32,000 nt of DNA from Candidatus Poseidoniaceae archaeon (GTDB lineage Archaea; Thermoplasmatota; Poseidoniia; Poseidoniales; Poseidoniaceae): contig CALSTM010000001.1 of assembly GCA_943789275.1 (NCBI GenBank), forward strand, positions 60,001 to 92,000, given 5' to 3'. The notes beneath the pieces were generated by a model. That model ran no database searches and was not told the origin of the DNA. It saw only the letters and a program-made list of their open reading frames with translations. The stretch's first letter is position 1, and each line of letters begins with the position of its first letter. Position numbers and translations under genes: made by a program. Of the stretch, positions 26,891-32,000 are shown in pieces.

Positions 26891-27091
26891 ATTGCAATGT
26901 GATGGCTCAAAGGACATGAAACATTGCTTTGCGCCATATTCTCATGGTTTCAACCCTTTTTGGTTCTTATCGAATGCAAAAGGAGGCTTCAGTCTAACTT
27001 TTATGCAAAACGGGTAGTTTTTGTTTCGTTTCGGGTGGAGGGGTGTGTAGCGACCGATTCTTTCAATAACCGGCGGGTAACAAGGGAAAAC

Positions 27092-27523
27092 ATGGTGGCG
27101 GCACGTTTGTCTCGAAGAAGTCGCCGTTACTCCAAGCAGATTCAACGCACAAACACTCGTTTTGACCTGCAAACGATTGCCAGTTCAGTGCAAACTGATT
27201 TAGACAAACGAGACATAACTTACGACGAGGCCCTTACGTTGGGCAACCTCATCCAAAACCGAGCAGATCAGTTACCTGGCGATACAATCGTTTACGCAGT
27301 ATCGGACCGAGATGCTTACCGTCGCACTCTTGAGTTGTATTTGCGTGACGCTCTTCTCACGAAAACCGAACAGATGCTGCTTTGGGAAGAGCGCCGCAGA
27401 CTCGGGATTTCGGATATCGACCATGAGCGTCTACTTGAGCAGCTTTTACTGCAATGGCGTCGCCAGGGTAAGAAAGTGACCATTGCTCGATTTGATTCAC
27501 CTGGAGGTGATTCATCTGCGTGA
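27092..27523 (+). CDS. Hypothetical small (143 aa) soluble protein with a strongly basic N-terminus and a helical Arg/Glu/Leu-rich C-terminal half
   Basis: ATG 27092 gives MVAARLSRRSRRYSKQIQRTNTRF..., later ...LLTKTEQMLLWEERRRLGISDIDHERLLEQLLLQWRRQGKK. I recognise no family. The upstream part of the track ORF (26924-27091) has non-protein-like composition. The 3' end overlaps the GTG start of the downstream giant gene by 17 nt. Confidence 0.5.
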   Translation: MVAARLSRRSRRYSKQIQRTNTRFDLQTIASSVQTDLDKRDITYDEALTLGNLIQNRADQLPGDTIVYAVSDRDAYRRTLELYLRDALLTKTEQMLLWEERRRLGISDIDHERLLEQLLLQWRRQGKKVTIARFDSPGGDSSA

Positions 27524-30500
27524 ACACACCAGTCGCCAAACGCTGCTCGCAGCGATATTGGTCGCCCTTTTCGTCCTCCCCATGTACTTGCCATTGGCAA
27601 ATGCAGACGATACTGAGGAGAAGAATACAGCATCTGGGCGTGCGATTCTCGACTTTTATTTCCGCAACCCACTCCAACTGAGCAATTCTGGCTCAGCAGT
27701 AATTGGTTCGAGCCTTTTCCTTGAACCTGGTGAACACATCGTTACGGCGAACATTTCAGCAACCGGTTCAGGTAGCGACGATTTGTGGTTGGTTTTGCAA
27801 CATAAAGGCTCCCCATCTCTCGGTTTCACCGACGTCAAAAGCATCGCTATGGGCACCGTCAGTGGCGCATCTGGGCAAGTTGACCTTACATCGATTTCGT
27901 TTTCTTGGAACGCCACCAACGGCGCAGGGCAAGAACTTCGGATTAAAATCGTCTCCACAAAGGAAACAGGTAACGACCTGCTCAACAACATTCAAGACGT
28001 CGGTTTTTCATTCTCAGTCGAAAACAAGCACCTTGGGGAATTGATGACCAATACATTCCCTGCCGATTCACCGGTCACCAACCAAATTACCCTGCCCAAC
28101 GCTGTTTCTACGCTCAATACCACGGTGACGAATTCTGGTGTCAAGCCAATCTCGGCTACGATGACCATTGTCCTACGAGATAACTCGACGCCTGCCAATG
28201 TGATTACCGTTCCATCAAACACGGTGCTGCTCCAGCCTGGTTCTTACCCGGCGTCTTCTGCAACGCTTCAAGAGTCGGGAGTACTCAGCGCTGATGTTGA
28301 TGCTCAAGCATTGACTGGGGTTTGGAACATTTCAGCATCGGTGAAGTTTGATGGAACTTCATGGACTGAAACCGTCATTGTCCGCGAGTCATGGGTGAAA
28401 TTCTCCGATTACAATGCCATTGTGATCGAACCTGCAACATTAGTTGTCGAGCCAGGAGATGCTACAGCGCTCACTTTCGTCGTCAAAAACACGGGTTCAG
28501 TGACGGATCTCTTCACTATCTCTGTGACTCAAAACAAGCCATGGGCTGACATCAACTCCGCATCCTTTGGCGCTACGCTTCCCGCAGGCTCCATTCGATT
28601 GATTACACTCGACATCAATGTCCCTGCGAATGCTGTTCGCTCTGAGACGGACAAAATCACGATGACATTTACATCTGTTAATTCTCCAGATAATTACCAG
28701 ATTTCTGGTGTTGGTCGAGTCATGGTTGGTGATTTCTTCAAAGGGGAAGTGACGTTGATTGAGGATGCAACGACCAAAACCATCAATCCCGGTGGTCAAG
28801 CCCAGTACATTGCGCAAATCGAAAACACCGGTAGTGTGACCACAACATACACCTTGACGACCGGACTCTCAGTCTCTACACTCAACTGGACATGGGAAGT
28901 TAGCCCTTCCATCACACCTCCTGTTGCATCTGGCGCGACCACACAAGTGGTCGTTACGCTCACCGCCCCCGCCATCCAGAATCCGATTGTAACCAGCGAA
29001 TACAACATGGCGGGCGACCAACTCGATGTATGGATTCAATGCCAGCCTATCGGCGGAGGAGTCCCTTCCCAAGACACTGCTCCGATTGAAGTCTCACCTG
29101 TTATCGTCGTTGACCCAGGATTGAACTCTGAACCACAGCACGTACCGGTCGAAGTGATTGAACAGACGCTTACAGGTACTCAACTTGTCGAAAATATTGA
29201 CCTGAACTTGCGCGTCATTCACAACCTCCCAACACTTCTCACCGAGACGCTTGACGCTACATTGACCACCTCGAAATCATTCACTGCATTGAATGAAGGT
29301 GGCTTTGGGGAGGCCGATCGGTGGTCTGTATCGGTTTCGAACCCGATTTATACCGGCCTTACTCCAGGGGACAGCATGAACACAACACTCGATATTATCG
29401 GTCCTCAAGCAAATCAATACCCAGTTGCAGGCACATTTTCTGCTTCGCTTACCATTACGCCGACTTTGAGTCCAGCTTTGGTTGGGAGTGGAGTCACCGC
29501 AGTAACGCTTACTCGAAACTACACACTTGTTATTCCACAGGTCATCAACGGTGATTTCCTCGATTCAGGACCGTATGATATCCCAGTTGGCGTTGATAAC
29601 ACCATTCCAATGCGATTCGCAAACACTGGAAACGATGTTGGTTCGTACCGCTTAAGAGTGGTTGATAATCTTCCTGAAAACTGGACTGCCAATTTCTCTG
29701 AAACCGATCAAAACATTACGAATTTGACTGCTGACATTGCCGATGGAACGCTTGACGGTTCTTCTGGAAATGCCGCACACATCCAAGTGGTTTCGTTCAA
29801 TATTCGCACTGACCCATTGGCGCCTGCTGGATTGAATCAACCGATTACTGTTCGAATTGAAGATCCTGTTTCTGGCTTGTTGATTGGAACGGAACATGTG
29901 TTCTTCGTAGTGGTCGGGCAGATTTTCAACGGTAGCCTTACTCCTACCAATCAATCGCTTGAACTGGACATTGCTGATTCTACTTTCACTTCGATAACCG
30001 TCGTCAACACTGGTAACGCTCCTACTGATTATGAGATTTGGTTGGACAATTCACTCGCTGGCGATGTTGATTTCCAAATTGAATCACCGAGCAGTTCCAG
30101 TCTTTTCATTGCAGCGGGTTACGAAGAAACCATTCGGGTTGAGATGAACGCAAATGACGAAGCGGATTCGGATGGATTCTACATGACGACCGTTTGGGTC
30201 TCGGCCAACAACGGCCAGATTCTTCTCTCGGCCAACATCGTGGCCAACATCACTGAAAACCATTCCATTGCCATCACAGCTCCGGAACAAATGGCAGTTA
30301 CTCCAGGCCAGATGGAACAAGTTGAGTTCGGCATTGTCAATCTCGGTAATCTTCAGGAAACTGTTGGAATCAACTTGACTGTCGAAGGTAATATTTCTCT
30401 CTCAAAGTATCAACTCACTGAAACGATTCCGATTGACCAAACTTACTCAGACAGCGTGAATGTTGCGATTCCAAGCCTTGGCGGGACCGATACACTCGTT

Positions 30501-32000
30501 CAAGGGTCAGTGTACAACCTCACGATTACAGCGATTAATTCGACCACTGGAATTGTATACAGTTCGCACACTGTGGAACTGCTGATTCAACCGTTGTTCA
30601 TCGTCGAATCTACTGACTGGCCTTCTGTGATGGAGTTCCAACCGAAATCGACTCGGACTTGGGAGGTGACGCTCACCAATACTGGAAATAAAGACGTTAC
30701 AGTGAATGCAGTGTATGCCATAACTCGTCCTGGTCTTACGAATTTGTCCACCGATTGGGAAATGATTACACAACCCTCACTCATTGTATTGCCGCGTAAC
30801 ACTCCAGTTGTGCACACATTTACTGCCGTCGGAACTGTGAATCAGCCTCTGCTTTCATTGACTGCGGATTTGACACTGTTCCTTGACCCCACTGAAACGG
30901 AAGTTGAAGGCAGTGGTGAATTCAAAACGCAGTTGATCATGTCGAGGTTCTTTTCAACCGGCGATATTGGTATTGAACCGGACATCAACAGCGATGTTGT
31001 CGATGTGTTCTTGCCGTACACGAACATTCCAACAGGCAACGGCAGTGAAGTTGCGTACATGATTGAACTCTGTGACTCGGAACGCTTGTTAGATCTCGGT
31101 GCAATGGGTCTTTCTGAGTTTGAGTATTCGTGGAACTTTACGCTCATTGTCGACAAGTTTGATGGAACTTCTGATGAACATCCACTCAACCTTGAGCAGG
31201 AATGTGGTGCAGCTTCCCTCGGGCCCACCTCACGATACAATCTACTCGAACTCGAAGCGTGGAACCCATCCAGTATCCGTATTCAAGCAGAAACTCCAAC
31301 CAAAGGGTTCATTCTACCTGGCGACGGATGGGACTTAACTTTCAGACTTTATCATCCGGATGAAAACAACGGTTACACCGTTTACGATGAGGAAACATTC
31401 GCGCTGGTATTAGCTGTCTTTGCAGACCCAATGATCAAGAGTATTTCTTCCAACGATGGACGGTTCCAAGAAGGCACTGAGAGCACGATTACGGTCGTTG
31501 TACAGAACGTCGGTTCGGCAACTGCACTCGATGTTATGGTTGACTTGCAGTGTGAAGGGCTGACTGTCTCAAGCGATCCATCGAATCGCCCTGTGCTCTT
31601 GAACCGTTCAGTGTCAAGTGGACTCAATTATTCGATGATTCCATTCTTCTTTGCGACGCAAGAACGAACGCTCACATGGGTCGTGACTGCAGATTCCATC
31701 GACTGGTGGTCTCAACGTTCGGAGGCAACCTGTGTGGCGACACTGAATGCCTCCTTCATGGAAAACAATGTCGTGGAGAACGACCAGATGACGTTGAAAG
31801 AAGATGTCATCTCTTGGTCACCTGGTGTCTCAAGCAGTTTCGTTGCAGCTATCACTTGTTTGCTCGTTTCAATGATTCTGTTCCGGTTGACATCACAAAA
31901 CGATAATTTCCGTCTCTTGGCCATCTATGCTGGTGTCATTGGCTTCGGCTTCTCCTTCCATGTATTCCAATTCGCATGGTGGGGCTTTGTGGTCTTGACA
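27507..32000 (+). CDS. Giant secreted CARDB/NEW3-type Ig-like domain-array protein with multi-span C-terminal membrane region; 3' end beyond the window (>=1,498 aa); NOT in the supplied ORF track
   Basis: The frame with codon starts divisible by 3 has a TGA at 27477-27479 and no further stop up to nt 32000. I translated it by hand and spot-checked at 28500 and 31800. GTG 27507 (alternatives TTG 27483 and 27492) gives the signal peptide MIHLREHTSRQTLLAAILVALFVLPMYLPLANA/DD. At least 8 modules carry an x-N-T/S/L/V-G-N/S strand signature. Hydrophobic helices run from 31839 to the window end. Confidence 0.85.
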   Translation, partial: MIHLREHTSRQTLLAAILVALFVLPMYLPLANADDTEEKNTASGRAILDFYFRNPLQLSNSGSAVIGSSLFLEPGEHIVTANISATGSGSDDLWLVLQHKGSPSLGFTDVKSIAMGTVSGASGQVDLTSISFSWNATNGAGQELRIKIVSTKETGNDLLNNIQDVGFSFSVENKHLGELMTNTFPADSPVTNQITLPNAVSTLNTTVTNSGVKPISATMTIVLRDNSTPANVITVPSNTVLLQPGSYPASSATLQESGVLSADVDAQALTGVWNISASVKFDGTSWTETVIVRESWVKFSDYNAIVIEPATLVVEPGDATALTFVVKNTGSVTDLFTISVTQNKPWADINSASFGATLPAGSIRLITLDINVPANAVRSETDKITMTFTSVNSPDNYQISGVGRVMVGDFFKGEVTLIEDATTKTINPGGQAQYIAQIENTGSVTTTYTLTTGLSVSTLNWTWEVSPSITPPVASGATTQVVVTLTAPAIQNPIVTSEYNMAGDQLDVWIQCQPIGGGVPSQDTAPIEVSPVIVVDPGLNSEPQHVPVEVIEQTLTGTQLVENIDLNLRVIHNLPTLLTETLDATLTTSKSFTALNEGGFGEADRWSVSVSNPIYTGLTPGDSMNTTLDIIGPQANQYPVAGTFSASLTITPTLSPALVGSGVTAVTLTRNYTLVIPQVINGDFLDSGPYDIPVGVDNTIPMRFANTGNDVGSYRLRVVDNLPENWTANFSETDQNITNLTADIADGTLDGSSGNAAHIQVVSFNIRTDPLAPAGLNQPITVRIEDPVSGLLIGTEHVFFVVVGQIFNGSLTPTNQSLELDIADSTFTSITVVNTGNAPTDYEIWLDNSLAGDVDFQIESPSSSSLFIAAGYEETIRVEMNANDEADSDGFYMTTVWVSANNGQILLSANIVANITENHSIAITAPEQMAVTPGQMEQVEFGIVNLGNLQETVGINLTVEGNISLSKYQLTETIPIDQTYSDSVNVAIPSLGGTDTLVQGSVYNLTITAINSTTGIVYSSHTVELLIQPLFIVESTDWPSVMEFQPKSTRTWEVTLTNTGNKDVTVNAVYAITRPGLTNLSTDWEMITQPSLIVLPRNTPVVHTFTAVGTVNQPLLSLTADLTLFLDPTETEVEGSGEFKTQLIMSRFFSTGDIGIEPDINSDVVDVFLPYTNIPTGNGSEVAYMIELCDSERLLDLGAMGLSEFEYSWNFTLIVDKFDGTSDEHPLNLEQECGAASLGPTSRYNLLELEAWNPSSIRIQAETPTKGFILPGDGWDLTFRLYHPDENNGYTVYDEETFALVLAVFADPMIKSISSNDGRFQEGTESTITVVVQNVGSATALDVMVDLQCEGLTVSSDPSNRPVLLNRSVSSGLNYSMIPFFFATQERTLTWVVTADSIDWWSQRSEATCVATLNASFMENNVVENDQMTLKEDVISWSPGVSSSFVAAITCLLVSMILFRLTSQNDNFRLLAIYAGVIGFGFSFHVFQFAWWGFVVLT

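Noticed and set aside
26924-27091. 5' part of the 199-aa track ORF (MLCAIFSWFQ...)
   Set aside because: The composition is Cys/Phe-rich and not protein-like, and it lies in the bcp divergent promoter region. ATG 27092 gives a coherent protein. The start remains uncertain.
27492-27521. Apparent 15-nt tandem near-duplication TTGATTCACCTGGAG / GTGATTCATCTGCGT at the junction of the small and giant genes
   Set aside because: Only about 10 of 15 positions match, so it is probably chance. It is noted only because it creates alternative in-frame start codons.
27703-31906. Short + and - strand track ORFs across 27.6-32 kb (for example 27703-28044, 29321-29554, 30842-31240)
   Set aside because: All are out of frame with, or antisense to, the uninterrupted ORF that carries the repeated CARDB-type signatures.
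1-32000. Search by eye for CRISPR-like spaced direct repeats, tRNA/rRNA genes, inverted terminal repeats, integrase/transposase or known defence-system signatures
   Set aside because: No intergenic gap exceeds ~200 nt. No spaced identical repeats were seen, and no ORF carries recombinase, nuclease-helicase or other defence-type motifs that I can recognise. Visual inspection cannot exclude short ncRNAs embedded in coding regions.

Overview
Gene-dense chromosomal window. By my calls only about 0.7 kb of 32 kb is non-coding. I call 18 protein-coding genes and found no rRNA, tRNA, CRISPR array, transposase or integrase. Housekeeping genes are ileS, glutamine-dependent nadE, trhO, bcp, an archaeal-type MutS2-like ATPase, a fused AcnX-family dehydratase and an SDR sugar epimerase/dehydratase. 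They are interleaved with many secreted or membrane-anchored proteins: two paralogous S15 (CocE/NonD) peptidases, a BNR/Asp-box lipoprotein, and a ~2,127-aa surface protein with ~40-aa GGxGY tandem repeats and an acidic cytoplasmic tail. There is also a collagen-like plus ELWxxDG-repeat gene pair that looks like one gene interrupted by a +1 frame change. A >=1,498-aa CARDB/NEW3-type domain-array protein runs off the right edge (27507->32000); it is absent from the supplied ORF track because it never reaches a stop. Many track ORFs are over-extended at the 5' end because the track takes the longest ATG/GTG/TTG ORF, so I re-called those starts. The likely source is a streamlined marine planktonic prokaryote, probably a euryarchaeon of the Marine Group II / Poseidoniales type. 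This rests on the MutS2 architecture, the acidic secreted proteins and the C-terminally anchored giant surface proteins. Several genes look bacterial (TrhO, a lipobox signal peptide, GIHH-type IleRS), so the assignment is inference only. I see no recognisable defence or mobile system. The items most worth follow-up are the unlisted giant ORF with its small overlapping upstream partner, the frame-shifted collagen/ELW gene, the GGxGY repeat block, and the tightly coupled bcp / hexapeptide transferase / flavin-reductase-like operon.
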